Source of the DNA: a bacterium
GTDB taxonomy: Bacteria; Pseudomonadota; Gammaproteobacteria; Methylococcales; Methylomonadaceae
Length of the DNA: 64,000 bases
NCBI GenBank assembly: GCA_030591965.1
Contig: JAUVAA010000001.1
Span: 164-64,163 of the forward strand
Direction: 5' to 3'
Below, piece after piece: positions 1-11,042 of this stretch. Positions within the stretch are counted from its first letter, which is position 1. Every line of letters begins with the position of its first letter. The notes below the pieces were generated by a model that made no database searches, had not been told where the DNA came from, and saw nothing but the letters and a program-made list of their open reading frames with translations. The position numbers and the translations under genes are program-made.

Positions 1-29
1 CCTTAATAAACAGTCTTTTTCGACAGCCT
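1..29 (-). mobile_element. Terminal inverted repeat of an IS/MITE (AGGCTGTCGAAAAAG...) interrupting an ATPase gene; element continues off the window
   Basis: Minus strand reads AGGCTGTCGAAAAAGACTG, similar to the (G)AGGCTGT-NN-AAA ends of the elements at 27404, 60399 and 62571. The ATPase ORF stops a few codons after entering it. Confidence 0.55.
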
Positions 30-230
30 AGGTTCAGTCACTCGTATCCCTCTAGACGACAAAAATTCATTATCCAATTTATTAGCTTCAGCAGCGGCGG
101 CAAAGGTAATAGCCTCTAAAATATTACTTTTTCCACATCCATTTTCACCAATCAAGACATTAAAACGCCCCACATCAAGATCTATACTGCGTAAGGACTT
201 ATAATTTTCAACTTTTATGTTAGTAATCAT
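3..230 (-). pseudogene. AAA/ABC-type ATPase (AAA_15/AAA_21-like), N-terminal fragment
   Basis: Typical N-terminus (IKVENYKSL...NVLIGENGCGKSNILEAI, Walker A), but stops at 75 aa with no Walker B. Confidence 0.7.
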
Positions 231-362
231 TCTATTTTAAGCAAACCTAAAACTATTAATAAGACTGTCAGACAAAACGACTGCGCTGTAACTACCAAAT
301 TCTACCTTATTACTCACCGTTCATTTTAATTTTTCTACACCCGTACCTTATACTCAACGGCT

Positions 363-602
363 AAACCAGAGACTTCCCCGTTTTTCTAGCTCATCAACCG
401 ACTCATCTTATTATGCACAGGCTGTGTACCATCAATATCACGAAAAGTAATCACTTTGCTGAAGTTTCCCTGCGCTGGGTTACGTTTTCCGTGTTCCGCT
501 TGAAAATCTAACCCAGCTGGGCTTTTTGATAAGGTGGCAATGCTGATTAGGCACGGTATCGCGAGCCTTATTGGTTTGTGTAAAACGGGGGAACTTTAGT
601 TT
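363..602. other. 240-nt self-complementary intergenic element (candidate ncRNA or MITE)
   Basis: Outer inverted repeat CCCCGTTTT (376-384)/AAAACGGGG (582-590), imperfectly extendable to 363/602. Inner 16-bp stem 474-489/502-517 (14/16). Small hairpin at 414-428. Confidence 0.5.
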
Positions 603-756
603 GTGATCTATTTTTCGTAGCATCAGTTAAAAATAAAAGCCCGTAGAATAAAAAAGTCCGGAGGATTTCTCCCTCCATACTGTCATTTAAGTTTGCTTGT
701 ACCAAGCAAACTCATTGATGCTTTCTTAGCTATTTTCTTGCAAAAAAACATTGTTC

Positions 757-1110
757 TTAAAGCAATACTTGGCGAGTCTTACGATGAAATTCATGAATTT
801 TCTGCTCTATTTTGGGATCGGTCATTTGCTCAGGGGCGCAGTCATTAGGACAAGGTAGGCTTTTTGTAGTACCAAAAAGGCGACAAATTAAAGGGCGCTC
901 CTCATAAACTTCGCAACCATTCTCACCCAAATAAGGACAATTTAATTCATTTAGCGCCTGCTCATGCTCGGCGTCGCTTTTTATGGGCAATCGAGACATT
1001 TCTTCTGAAGAAGCCGTTACTGGACCACAACAATCATGACAACCTTCTTTACAAGCAAACGAAGGAATCTGTTCGCGAAAAAAACGAATTTTTTGGTCAT
1101 TTTTAGTCAT
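757..1110 (-). CDS. YkgJ family (CxxxCxxCC) zinc/iron-chelating cysteine-cluster protein
   Basis: CKEGCHDCCG, CPYL, CEVYEERPLICRLFG motifs. Confidence 0.85.
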   Translation of the reverse strand: MTKNDQKIRFFREQIPSFACKEGCHDCCGPVTASSEEMSRLPIKSDAEHEQALNELNCPYLGENGCEVYEERPLICRLFGTTKSLPCPNDCAPEQMTDPKIEQKIHEFHRKTRQVLL

Positions 1111-1146
1111 CTGCCCATCCTATGTTCATCAGTAAATACATTGAAA

Positions 1147-2772
1147 CTACAACAACATCCGTTCTAAAGGACTATTTTCCGGTAGCGTAAATAAATCATG
1201 ATTATCCTCTTGGCAGGCCTTGATGATTTTTTCTGCTTGTTGCTGTAAAGCTTCTTGAGTCTGTGTATTTTTCTTAATCTGCTCCACTACTTCAAACTCT
1301 ATACTTTGTAATGCGCTTAACAAGCCATTACGCAGACCTTTAAGCGCAGCTTTTTCTATTGAGGGTTTTAGTTTTTTCTTTAAGAAATAAGGAAGTAACC
1401 AAGCGATAGCGATTAACATGGCGCTATTAACTGCAAAATCGACGCCTACATAATGAGGTATTGCAGCTAAGCTCGCTTCATAAAACTCAATAAACACTTG
1501 ATATCCGACCCAGCCCATTGCTGCCATTGGCAAAATAATTTCTGCAACAAACGCTGTTTTGATAAGCGCTCTCTGGATAACATTACCTGGATTTATTAAC
1601 GCCTTACGCACCGACAACAAGGTTTTTTCAGCAATTATTTTTTGCGCATTTTCACGCACCGATAGTACAGCCTGTTTTATGGGAGTCGAGGGTAAATCCA
1701 ACGAATCTGCTTGAATAATTAGCGCATCCAAGGCATCTTCCAGCCTTGATTGCGCCCATTTATCCCATAACCCATGATGTATCTTATGTGAAGAGTAATT
1801 ATCTAATTCTTTAGCCGATAAATCACTACTATGTACCGCGTAATATTCCGCTAATTGCTGAATAGGCAAAGCCATTGCATCCACTAAAAGTCCATCAAAA
1901 TTTTGCCATTGCTTATGCCAAAAAGGAATTAACGCTTTACTACTTTCAGGTGAACCGAGCACTTCAACAGCAGTAACCAAAACTTTACTTAGCTCTGCTT
2001 TACGAACTTGACCGCCTCTTAACTCTAATTGGGTAACAGTATTTTCAGTTGCCAACGCTTGCATGGCTGTTTCTAAGGCATCAAATTCATCTATTTGAGT
2101 GGCTGTTTTATCTGTAGCACAGCAACTTTGATAAACAATCGGGTCATTAAAGCCCGCCTTATGCAGTTGCTTAATGAAATCCTGATACTGCTCGGCCTCG
2201 CCACGATCAGATTGATTTAAAACAAAGATCCATGCGTGTTTACCGCCTTCAGCCAGCAATAACTGCCAAGCTTTATTATCACGATAACGCTCGGGGCTTA
2301 CGACATAAACAAGAACATCAATATGCGGCAACCATTCTAAAACTAATTGCTGGTTGCTTTGCTCTGCGCTATCAAAATCAGGCATATCTACCCAGATAAT
2401 ATGCTTTTTACTAGCATCTGAATGTTCCGCAACTTTAATTTTGTCTATCGGTAAGCGACTAGGTAAATGAGCTATTTTGACACTAGCATGATGAAACAAG
2501 GTCACTTCTTTAGATGTTGGCCGAACGACACCGGTACGCGCGATATCTTGACCTGCCAGACGATTCAATAAAGTACTTTTACCGACGCCTGTTCCGCCTA
2601 AAAAGGCCACTATTAAAGGCCTGGAACTTGGGTCAGCAAATAATGTTTCTGGTGAGCGTGCTTCGTAATGCAAAATATCTTGTAACTTAGCTTCTGAAGC
2701 CCATGAACGATTGATGACTTCGGTCGCCCAGCCCTTTGCCTCAGCAACTAAATCAGAGTATTCGTAAGCCAT
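1147..2772 (-). CDS. Dynamin-like/YfjP-like GTPase with two C-terminal transmembrane segments
   Basis: G1 GGTGVGKST, G2 RPTS, G3 variant DMPDFD, G4 NQSD, helical stalk, and two hydrophobic segments near the C-terminus. Confidence 0.75.
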   Translation of the reverse strand: MAYEYSDLVAEAKGWATEVINRSWASEAKLQDILHYEARSPETLFADPSSRPLIVAFLGGTGVGKSTLLNRLAGQDIARTGVVRPTSKEVTLFHHASVKIAHLPSRLPIDKIKVAEHSDASKKHIIWVDMPDFDSAEQSNQQLVLEWLPHIDVLVYVVSPERYRDNKAWQLLLAEGGKHAWIFVLNQSDRGEAEQYQDFIKQLHKAGFNDPIVYQSCCATDKTATQIDEFDALETAMQALATENTVTQLELRGGQVRKAELSKVLVTAVEVLGSPESSKALIPFWHKQWQNFDGLLVDAMALPIQQLAEYYAVHSSDLSAKELDNYSSHKIHHGLWDKWAQSRLEDALDALIIQADSLDLPSTPIKQAVLSVRENAQKIIAEKTLLSVRKALINPGNVIQRALIKTAFVAEIILPMAAMGWVGYQVFIEFYEASLAAIPHYVGVDFAVNSAMLIAIAWLLPYFLKKKLKPSIEKAALKGLRNGLLSALQSIEFEVVEQIKKNTQTQEALQQQAEKIIKACQEDNHDLFTLPENSPLERMLL

Positions 2773-4492
2773 GTGGTTTTATTTTCAGTTGAGCCTCTGC
2801 CGCCGCTAATTGTTCAGCAGAAATATTAAAATGAGCGCTTTGAGCCATTTTCTCAGGCAATTTCTGTAACACCTGATGTATGACTTGAGCAAATAACAGT
2901 TCTTTTACGGTATTTAATTGTCGTTGCTTTAATTCAGACTCAGCTCTATGCAGATAACTGCCTACTGCACTTTCCGCTAAATAAGAAGTGATCGACAACA
3001 TAGCAGGAGCAATTAACAAGTCATGTAAGCCTATACCACCTGCTTGCACAGTTAATGCTAACATTGCAGCATCCGTAGTGACACGGGTAGCACGTAAACT
3101 ATTTAAAATAGCAGGATGTTCTTCCAGTTTGGTATACAGACCCTGCGCAGTTGCTTCAATATCTTGTTTAAAATTCTCATGGTAAAGCTCTGTCTTTTGC
3201 GCAAAATCGCCCAAAATAATCGCTTTATCTTGGCGTAACTGACTATTAATTTGTTTCCACCATTTATTATTATCATGTTCTTGGTCAATCTGATCTAAAA
3301 CTTTATCGCCTACTTGTAGCAAGATGTGCTCTGCAATTTGCTGTAAAACTTCAGTTTCTTTCGTTATCGGATGCGAGCCTTTACTTACCTCCCCTCCTAA
3401 TGAAAAAACCTTACGCAAAGGCCAAGTTAAAGCTTTACGGCTTTGCATTAATACCTTTGCTATCCCCGGCACTTCGAGCAAGGTTAATAATTTAGCTAAG
3501 GCATTTTGAAACGTATCATAATGTTGCGGGTGATCAAGATAATCGCGTTTATAAATCACTAAAGCATCTTGTAAAGTCTGACTAACGATTGATTGCCATT
3601 GCGCTTGCGCTTCTATTTCTAATGTAATGGGGGCAACCCATTCATGCCAGTTTTGGCGAATAAACTCATAAGCCGCTTGATCGTGCTTTTTCCGTTTTAC
3701 TTGCTTTATGCTGCGCTGTAATAAATCACTTAAACCCGCTTGCTGACCAGTTAAAGCATGATCTTTGGCAAATAAAATGGGGAATATTGTCGGTGCAGAA
3801 TCACTTCTTACTTGTTGCCAACGCTCAATAAATGAATCAATAATCAGCTGTTCAGAATCAGCAACCAATTTATTAATCACCACTAATAAAGATTGATTTA
3901 ATGGCTCTAATAAAGCCAAGACATCCCACACAGACTGATCTGCATATTTTTCCTTACTAACAACTAAAACGAGTACATCAGCTAAAGCCAAGGTTTTTAA
4001 CACCCCCTCTTTATAGCTTTGCGCATCGATTGAATCAAAATCAGGTGTATCCCAAAGCATACAGCCAGATAAGTGTTGCGAACTAATAGATGTAAGGGAG
4101 TAGCTGTTATATTTTTCTGGGCTTAAAGAGAATTGTTCGACCTGCTGAAATCCAGAAAAATGCTCAGCAACTTCAATGAGAGTATTACCTGATAAATCGA
4201 CGGAAAAAGCTTGTGGATGCACGGTAAATCCCGCGAGCGGACTTACACCTGCAGCCTCTTGATTAAGCAATAAATTAACCAAGGTACTTTTTCCGGATTG
4301 CGTGGGGCCAACCACTGCAATATGTGTAGGATGTGCTTTATTGTTAATTAAGTGGCCTTTATGTAAAAAAGCCTCAATTAACATTAATTGCTCAATACAT
4401 GCCTGATAATTACTCCATTGCATACTTTGCTGAACTAAACCTAATTGAATAGCTTGGTAACGCTGTTTTAAAGTGCTAATAAATTCGAGCAT
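2753..4492 (-). CDS. Dynamin-like GTPase (first gene of tandem pair)
   Basis: G1 GPTQSGKST, G3 variant DTPDFD, KYAD, G4 NK, long helical region with hydrophobic paddle. Overlaps the next GTPase by 20 nt. Confidence 0.75.
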   Translation of the reverse strand: MLEFISTLKQRYQAIQLGLVQQSMQWSNYQACIEQLMLIEAFLHKGHLINNKAHPTHIAVVGPTQSGKSTLVNLLLNQEAAGVSPLAGFTVHPQAFSVDLSGNTLIEVAEHFSGFQQVEQFSLSPEKYNSYSLTSISSQHLSGCMLWDTPDFDSIDAQSYKEGVLKTLALADVLVLVVSKEKYADQSVWDVLALLEPLNQSLLVVINKLVADSEQLIIDSFIERWQQVRSDSAPTIFPILFAKDHALTGQQAGLSDLLQRSIKQVKRKKHDQAAYEFIRQNWHEWVAPITLEIEAQAQWQSIVSQTLQDALVIYKRDYLDHPQHYDTFQNALAKLLTLLEVPGIAKVLMQSRKALTWPLRKVFSLGGEVSKGSHPITKETEVLQQIAEHILLQVGDKVLDQIDQEHDNNKWWKQINSQLRQDKAIILGDFAQKTELYHENFKQDIEATAQGLYTKLEEHPAILNSLRATRVTTDAAMLALTVQAGGIGLHDLLIAPAMLSITSYLAESAVGSYLHRAESELKQRQLNTVKELLFAQVIHQVLQKLPEKMAQSAHFNISAEQLAAAEAQLKIKPHGLRIL

Positions 4493-4603
4493 GAATAGTT
4501 GCTTATGTATATAATTACTTAGTAATTTAGTCGGTTGAAATCATCTCATGATTGAGACAACTTCAGCTATTTATTATAATAACAATAAAAACACATAACG
4601 AGG

Positions 4604-5038
4604 ATGTCTTATATGCGTATACTTTCAATCATTATAATTTCAGTCAGTATTTTATTATCAACGGGGTGCAGTAAAGGCGGTCAAATTAATGGCCGTAGTT
4701 TTAAGACAGCCTTAAAGTCAATTAAAGGCCTTAAAAATCGTTTACCACAAGAACAAAGAGTGGCCTTTGAACTCTCATTTTGGGCAATTCATGATTTATA
4801 CAAAAAGGATAAGTCTGAATTCCTTGACCAAGTTGATGGCAAAACCCCTGACGAGCTAATTGAATCAGGAAAAGCTATTTTTGAAAAACGTAAGCAAGAA
4901 GGTTTCCAAGAATATCAGCAATATGCGACTTGGGATGACATGATTAGAAAATACACTCAAGAGCGTATGGATCAATTATCTAAAAGACCAAAAAGAGATC
5001 CTAGAGATAAAGACAACAGTGTACTTTACGAATTATAA
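4604..5038 (+). CDS. Hypothetical lipoprotein
   Basis: Hydrophobic signal ending in lipobox-like LSTGC, followed by a terminator-like hairpin. Confidence 0.7.
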   Translation: MSYMRILSIIIISVSILLSTGCSKGGQINGRSFKTALKSIKGLKNRLPQEQRVAFELSFWAIHDLYKKDKSEFLDQVDGKTPDELIESGKAIFEKRKQEGFQEYQQYATWDDMIRKYTQERMDQLSKRPKRDPRDKDNSVLYEL

Positions 5039-5048
5039 CAACACGTCA

Positions 5049-5084
5049 AGAAGCGCTCTCATCATAAATGAGAGCGTTCTTTTG
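5049..5084. terminator. Hairpin between convergent genes (likely bidirectional terminator)
   Basis: AGAAGCGCTCTCAT-cataa-ATGAGAGCGTTCT-TTT between the lipoprotein gene and purL. Confidence 0.6.
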
Positions 5085-5093
5085 GTTTAAACT

Positions 5094-8000
5094 TTACCCC
5101 ACCCAAACTCGCGCATTTCTAAACATTCTTAACCATGCGCCATCTTCACTCCAATCACTTGGCTGCCATGAGTTTTGTACCCTTCTAAAGCAGCGCTCTG
5201 GATGCGGCATCATAATCGTAAAGCGGCCATCTGTCGTCGTTAAGCCAGTAATACCATCAGGCGAACCATTCGGGTTCATTGGAAAATCAGTCGTTTCTAC
5301 CCCATAATTATCTACATAGCTCAATGCCACCAAAGCCTGTTGTTGATTGCTTTCTGTAAATTCAGCACGCCCTTCACCATGTGCAATCACTACTGGAATT
5401 TTCGATCCAGCCATACCTTTCAGTAAAATAGATGGCGAATCTTGAACCTTAACCATAGCAACACGTGCTTCAAATTGCTCTGACGTATTACGCATGAATT
5501 TTGGCCAATGCTCAGCACCTGGAATCAACTCTTTTAAACCCGACAACATCTGACAACCGTTACAGACGCCCAAACCGAAGGTATCTGTGCGTTGGAAAAA
5601 ATCAGAAAATTCAGCGCGTGCTCGCTCATTAAATAATATTGATTTAGCCCAGCCGCCGCCAGCACCTAAAACATCACCGTAAGAAAACCCACCACAAGCG
5701 ACTAAGCCAACGAAGTCTTTTAAGCTAACACGACCACTGATAATATCGGTCATATGCACGTCAATGCTGGTAAAGCCCGCCTTATCAAAAGCCGCCGCCA
5801 TTTCTACATGACCATTAACACCCTGCTCTCTTAAAATAGCCACTCGCGGACGTTCCGCAGCAAAAGGCGCAACCACATTTTCATTAACATCAAAGCTTAA
5901 ACTGGCGGTTAAACCGGGATCTTTATTATCGCTAATACGTTCGAATTGTTGTTTTGCACACTCTGGGTTATCGCGTAAAGCCTGCATACGGTAGCTGACT
6001 TCTGACCAGATTTGCTGCATTTCTGCACGGCTGGCTGAATACAAGGTTTCTCCATCATAGCTCACCGTTAATTGCTGCGCTTCTTCTGTCACCCAGCCAA
6101 TAATATGCGTACAAGCCTCTAAACCAGCAGCTTCTAAAACATCTAATACGGCATCACAATCATATTGTTTAACTTGAATGACTGCACCTAGCTCTTCATT
6201 AAATAAAGCCGCAAGCGAATCATCACCTAAACGATCTAATTCAATTTCTGCGCCTTTACGGCCCGCAAAAATCATTTCTGCTACTGTTGCTAATAAACCA
6301 CCATCAGAACGGTCATGATAAGCCAGCAATTTGTTATCGCTATTTAAGGCCTGAATACTATCAAAAAAAGCTTTGAACAGTTTGGTATCATCCAAATCAG
6401 GCACTTCACACCCCATTTGTTGATACACTTGCGCCAATACCGAGCCGCCTAAACGGTTTTTACCTAGTCCTAAATCAATCAGCATTAATACGCTGTCTTC
6501 ATTCTTTAATTCAGGCGTTAGCGTTTTAGTGACATCCGTTACTGGAGCAAAAGCGGTAATAATTAACGACAAAGGCGAAGTCATCACTTTTTCGTTGCCA
6601 TCATCCTGCCAAACCGTTTTCATTGATAAAGAATCTTTACCGACCGGAATAGCAATACCTAGTTCCGGACAGACTTCCATACCCACCGTTTTCACGGTAT
6701 CAAATAGCGCTGCATCTTCGCCTTCACTACCTGCGGCTGCCATCCAATTAGCCGAAATTTTAATTTTATTCAGTGACTCTATAGGTGCTGCTGCTAGATT
6801 AGTTAAAGACTCGGCAATCGCCATGCGCCCTGATGCAGGTGCATTAACCACGGCTAACGGTGTACGCTCACCCATTGCCATCGCTTCACCGGTTGTTGCC
6901 TGAAATCCTGTTGTCGTCACAGCAACATCGGCTACCGGAATCTGCCAAGGACCAACCATTTGGTCTCTGACCACCAAACCAGTCACTGAGCGATCACCAA
7001 TATGGATTAAGAAACTTTTATCCGCGACAGCTGGAAAAGATAAAACACGTTTAACCGCTTCTTTTAAATCCAAACCAGAAAAATCTAAGTCTTTTTGCTT
7101 AACCTCTACATGCTGTACATCACGATGCAATTTAGGTGAACTACCGAATAAAACCGACATAGGAATATCTACAGGGCTGTTGCCAAACAGCTCATCGGTT
7201 AAGGTCAAATGCTCTTCGTCAGTCGCTTCGCCAATCACGGCATATAAACAATGTTCGCGCTGACAAAAGGACTCAAACAACTCTAATGATTCAGGTTTAA
7301 TCGCCACTACATAGCGTTCTTGCGCCTCATTACACCAAATTTGCATCGGTGACATGCCTTTGTCGTCATTATTGACTTTACGCAATTCAAAACGTCCACC
7401 GCGCTCACAATCATGAATAATTTCCGGCACAGCATTGGATAAACCTCCCGCACCGATATCATGAATCGAGACAACTGGCGTGTCATCACCTAAAGAATTA
7501 CAGTGATTAATAACTTCTTGGCAACGACGCTCCATTTCTGGGTTTTCACGCTGTACCGAAGCAAAATCTAATTCAGCAGCACTTTCGCCTGACGTTTGTG
7601 AAGAGGCAGCACTACCACCCAAACCAATTAACATCGCAGGGCCGCCAAGAATAATAATCAGTGACCCGGCTGGAATTGGGTGTTTATCCACCAACATCGG
7701 ACGAATATTACCCATACCACCAGCTATCATAATCGGTTTATGATAGCCGCTTAATTTTTCGCCTTGGCTACCTTCAACTAACTGCTCAAAGCTACGAAAA
7801 TAACCAGCAATATTGGGGCGGCCAAATTCATTATTAAAGGCCGCGCCACCTATCGGGCCATCAAGCATAATATCTAAAGCAGAAGCAATACGTTCTGGCT
7901 TACCAAAATCTTGCTCCCAAGGCTGTACAAAGCCAGGAATTTTTAAATTCGAAACCGTAAAACCGGTTAAACCTGCTTTGGTTGCGGAACCACGCCCCGT

Positions 8001-8963
8001 TGCACCTTCATCACGAATTTCACCACCTGAGCCCGTTGCCGCCCCCGAATGCGGAGCAATCGCAGTCGGATGATTATGAGTTTCCACTTTCATTAATAAG
8101 TGCGCATCTTCCTGCGTATACGCATATTCCCCGGTTTTAGCATTGCGAATAAACACCGCAGCATTGGAGCCTTCAGCAACAGAAGCATTGTCACTATAGG
8201 CTGATAAAATTCCTTCTGGATTTTTCTCAGCCGTATTACGAATCATGCCAAATAAAGATTTCGCTTGATCAACACCATCAATTGTCCAGCTGGCATTAAA
8301 GATTTTATGGCGACAATGCTCTGAGTTTGCCTGAGCAAACATCATTAATTCCACATCACTAGGATTACGCCCTAAAGCTTGAAAGCGACCAGCTAAATAA
8401 TCAATTTCATCAGCGGATAAAGCCAAACCTAAAGTGCTATTGGCTTGCACTAAAGCGTCTTTACCTTGTTCGATAATCGCAACTGTTTCTAAAGGTAGAG
8501 GTTCGTGGTGAGCAAATAATTCAGCACTGTCAATATCAGTCACTATCGATTGCGTCATGCGATCATGCACTAGCGTATAAATTTGTTTTAATTTATCAGC
8601 ATCAATAGTTGCACTTGCATAGAGAGTATACTCAACACCGCGCTCTAAACGCTCAACACAGCTCAAGCCGCAACGCTGAGCAATTTCTGTCGCTTTACTC
8701 GACCAAGGTGAAATAGTGCCTGAACGTGGCGCAACCCAAAAAGTAACCACGCCAGACTTTTCAATGCTATCAGCCTTCGATCCATAAGCTAATAATTGCT
8801 GCAAAATAGCATCTTGTTCAGCATTAATCTCAGCATTCATTTCAACAAAGTGCATATACGATGCAGAAATATCACTAATATTTGAGTCTATCGCTTGTAC
8901 ATCAGCTAATAGTTTTTGAATTCTAAATTTTGATAACGCGGAAGTGCCAGAAATTTTAAGCAT
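5094..8963 (-). CDS. purL: Phosphoribosylformylglycinamidine synthase (large-type PurL)
   Basis: [32 protein letters not shown] and MMPHPER motifs. Start placed at MLKISG (8963). Confidence 0.98.
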   Translation of the reverse strand: MLKISGTSALSKFRIQKLLADVQAIDSNISDISASYMHFVEMNAEINAEQDAILQQLLAYGSKADSIEKSGVVTFWVAPRSGTISPWSSKATEIAQRCGLSCVERLERGVEYTLYASATIDADKLKQIYTLVHDRMTQSIVTDIDSAELFAHHEPLPLETVAIIEQGKDALVQANSTLGLALSADEIDYLAGRFQALGRNPSDVELMMFAQANSEHCRHKIFNASWTIDGVDQAKSLFGMIRNTAEKNPEGILSAYSDNASVAEGSNAAVFIRNAKTGEYAYTQEDAHLLMKVETHNHPTAIAPHSGAATGSGGEIRDEGATGRGSATKAGLTGFTVSNLKIPGFVQPWEQDFGKPERIASALDIMLDGPIGGAAFNNEFGRPNIAGYFRSFEQLVEGSQGEKLSGYHKPIMIAGGMGNIRPMLVDKHPIPAGSLIIILGGPAMLIGLGGSAASSQTSGESAAELDFASVQRENPEMERRCQEVINHCNSLGDDTPVVSIHDIGAGGLSNAVPEIIHDCERGGRFELRKVNNDDKGMSPMQIWCNEAQERYVVAIKPESLELFESFCQREHCLYAVIGEATDEEHLTLTDELFGNSPVDIPMSVLFGSSPKLHRDVQHVEVKQKDLDFSGLDLKEAVKRVLSFPAVADKSFLIHIGDRSVTGLVVRDQMVGPWQIPVADVAVTTTGFQATTGEAMAMGERTPLAVVNAPASGRMAIAESLTNLAAAPIESLNKIKISANWMAAAGSEGEDAALFDTVKTVGMEVCPELGIAIPVGKDSLSMKTVWQDDGNEKVMTSPLSLIITAFAPVTDVTKTLTPELKNEDSVLMLIDLGLGKNRLGGSVLAQVYQQMGCEVPDLDDTKLFKAFFDSIQALNSDNKLLAYHDRSDGGLLATVAEMIFAGRKGAEIELDRLGDDSLAALFNEELGAVIQVKQYDCDAVLDVLEAAGLEACTHIIGWVTEEAQQLTVSYDGETLYSASRAEMQQIWSEVSYRMQALRDNPECAKQQFERISDNKDPGLTASLSFDVNENVVAPFAAERPRVAILREQGVNGHVEMAAAFDKAGFTSIDVHMTDIISGRVSLKDFVGLVACGGFSYGDVLGAGGGWAKSILFNERARAEFSDFFQRTDTFGLGVCNGCQMLSGLKELIPGAEHWPKFMRNTSEQFEARVAMVKVQDSPSILLKGMAGSKIPVVIAHGEGRAEFTESNQQQALVALSYVDNYGVETTDFPMNPNGSPDGITGLTTTDGRFTIMMPHPERCFRRVQNSWQPSDWSEDGAWLRMFRNARVWVG

Positions 8964-9098
8964 ATAAAAGGTGTGTTTTATGAGGTATTCGAGTGATAGG
9001 TAAAGTGCGCCCCTCATTTTCGAGGGACGCTATCAGCAACATTTTACTTAGCGTGCAGAGCGTCACGTTACATTCTGATGCAGAGCAACAAAATGAAT

Positions 9099-9674
9099 TT
9101 AATCTGTTTCAAAATCCTTTTTTATCGTATCAAACAATGAATTTAACAAACGCAAGCCATTGCCTTCTGATAAATTAGTGCCTTGCTCATCCCGAATAAA
9201 AATAAGGATACCCTGCTCGCTTTGTTGTAAAAAAACTTGATAGGGTTTTTCTTGGTTCGGATCATCACCAAAGAAAAAAACCAGTTCATCCCAAAAAGAA
9301 CCGTCTTTCACTTCCTGCACATCAGGGTCGTATTGCACATAATAAGTTGCAGTAGAACGGTCTTTATCCGTGATTTCAATTGATCGTTCTGTTAAAGCCT
9401 TAGCAGTAACACGCCAAACATAAGCAAAAGGAGAGTTAATTAATAAATAACTCCCCTCAGTATCTTGAATAAATTCAATGGTATTCGTTAAAGCGCTAGG
9501 AGTGACATCTACACTTAATGAGTCAATGGTTTGTTCTTCTGATAAATTGGGCGGCATTTCTAATGCGGCAATTTCTTTACTATAAACATAGTCTTTTTCT
9601 TTATCAGGAAAGAATGAGCTACAGGCCGTCACTAAAGTGACCGAAAAAATAACAATAATTTTACTGAGTTTCAT
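9099..9674 (-). CDS. bamC: Outer membrane protein assembly lipoprotein BamC (NlpB/DapX), short form
   Basis: Lipobox VTAC, LEMPP motif, ITDKDRS motif; lies directly downstream of dapA. Confidence 0.8.
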   Translation of the reverse strand: MKLSKIIVIFSVTLVTACSSFFPDKEKDYVYSKEIAALEMPPNLSEEQTIDSLSVDVTPSALTNTIEFIQDTEGSYLLINSPFAYVWRVTAKALTERSIEITDKDRSTATYYVQYDPDVQEVKDGSFWDELVFFFGDDPNQEKPYQVFLQQSEQGILIFIRDEQGTNLSEGNGLRLLNSLFDTIKKDFETD

Positions 9675-9693
9675 GCCGTTTGTTAAAGAGGAA

Positions 9694-10569
9694 TTAAAAG
9701 ACATGCGCTTGTTTCATTGCCGCACGCACTTTTTCAACACAGTCTTGAGTTAACCATGTTAACGGTAAGCGTATGCCTTCACTCATTAAACCCATTTCAG
9801 CAACCGCCCATTTAACAGGAATAGGGTTAGACTGGATAAATAAGTGCGTATGTAAGCCTTTTAAATTAGCATCAATACTGGTTGCCGTTTCACGGTCGCT
9901 GTTAATTGCTGCAGTAATCATTTCATGCACTAATCGTGGCGCAACATTACCAGAAACAGTAATCGAACCATTACCACCTAACAAGCAAAATTCACAACTA
10001 CTAGCATCGTCACCGGTATAAATAGCAAATTCATCACCGCATAGCTCACGAATAATAGCTACTCGAGCTAAATCACCTGTCGCTTCCTTAACGCCAATAA
10101 TATTTTTAACTTTTGCCAAGCGGCCAACAGTTTCAGGCAACATGTCACAAGCTGTACGCCCAGGCACATTATATAAAATTTGTGGAATATCGACGGCTTC
10201 AGAAATCGCTTTATAATGTAGATATAAACCTTCCTGAGTCGGTTTATTATAATAAGGCGTGACTAATAAACAGGCATCGGCACCGACTTCTTTTGCCGCT
10301 TGTGTTAGTGCTATCGCTTCAGAGGTAGAATTCGCTCCCGTTCCAGCAATAACAGGAATACGCCCTGCTACATACAGCACAACTGACTTGACCACATCCA
10401 TGTGTTCCTGTTCATTTAAAGTAGCTGATTCGCCCGTCGTTCCCATAGCAACGATAGCATCAGTTCCTTGCTCTATATGAAACTCTACTAATTTTTTTAG
10501 ACTATCCTTATCTATATCACCGTTATCAAACATAGGGGTGACTAACGCTACGATACTACCTTGAATCAT
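9694..10569 (-). CDS. dapA: 4-hydroxy-tetrahydrodipicolinate synthase
   Basis: [23 protein letters not shown] and GVKEA motifs. Confidence 0.98.
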   Translation of the reverse strand: MIQGSIVALVTPMFDNGDIDKDSLKKLVEFHIEQGTDAIVAMGTTGESATLNEQEHMDVVKSVVLYVAGRIPVIAGTGANSTSEAIALTQAAKEVGADACLLVTPYYNKPTQEGLYLHYKAISEAVDIPQILYNVPGRTACDMLPETVGRLAKVKNIIGVKEATGDLARVAIIRELCGDEFAIYTGDDASSCEFCLLGGNGSITVSGNVAPRLVHEMITAAINSDRETATSIDANLKGLHTHLFIQSNPIPVKWAVAEMGLMSEGIRLPLTWLTQDCVEKVRAAMKQAHVF

Positions 10570-10622
10570 GAAACACTCTCGAAATTGTAAAAACGATAAC
10601 TAACGTCTATTATAGGGCAATA

Positions 10623-11042
10623 CTATTGGCATTTCCCTAGATAACGCCCTGTAATTTTTGTTTGCATAGCCATAGCACCCTGCGGTGCGCCTGACATAGT
10701 CATATCAAATGTACCGGCAAAACTGGTTTTTTGATACTGAATTTTCCCCAAGCCCTGCATTTTCATGCCATCTTGTTCACAGTTCATAGACCAGCGTACT
10801 TGGTTATTTTGTATATCCAAATCATGCATCTGACAATTATTCTGTTGCAGAATATTCTCAGGATTCATACTCTGTTTAGTAAAACACTGTTGCATCGTCA
10901 TCGCTGGTATTTTCATCGGCATCGCTGCCATACTCACTTGAGAGCTTACTTCCCACAAACCTTCCGTAATATCAGGTGTTTGTGCGAAAGCAGGAGCCGC
11001 ACTTAAAGATAGCAACAACGCAACACTAAATTTTTTAGTCAT
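10623..11042 (-). CDS. Secreted DUF3617-like protein
   Basis: Signal peptide ending AFA, GLWEV motif, paired Cys, C-terminal GRYLGKC. Start uncertain (11042 or 11054). Confidence 0.75.
   Translation of the reverse strand: MTKKFSVALLLSLSAAPAFAQTPDITEGLWEVSSQVSMAAMPMKIPAMTMQQCFTKQSMNPENILQQNNCQMHDLDIQNNQVRWSMNCEQDGMKMQGLGKIQYQKTSFAGTFDMTMSGAPQGAMAMQTKITGRYLGKCQ

Noticed and set aside
363-602. 6S RNA call for the long hairpin element
   Set aside because: No recognisable 6S sequence, longer than typical, and lacks the zapA/ygfA context.
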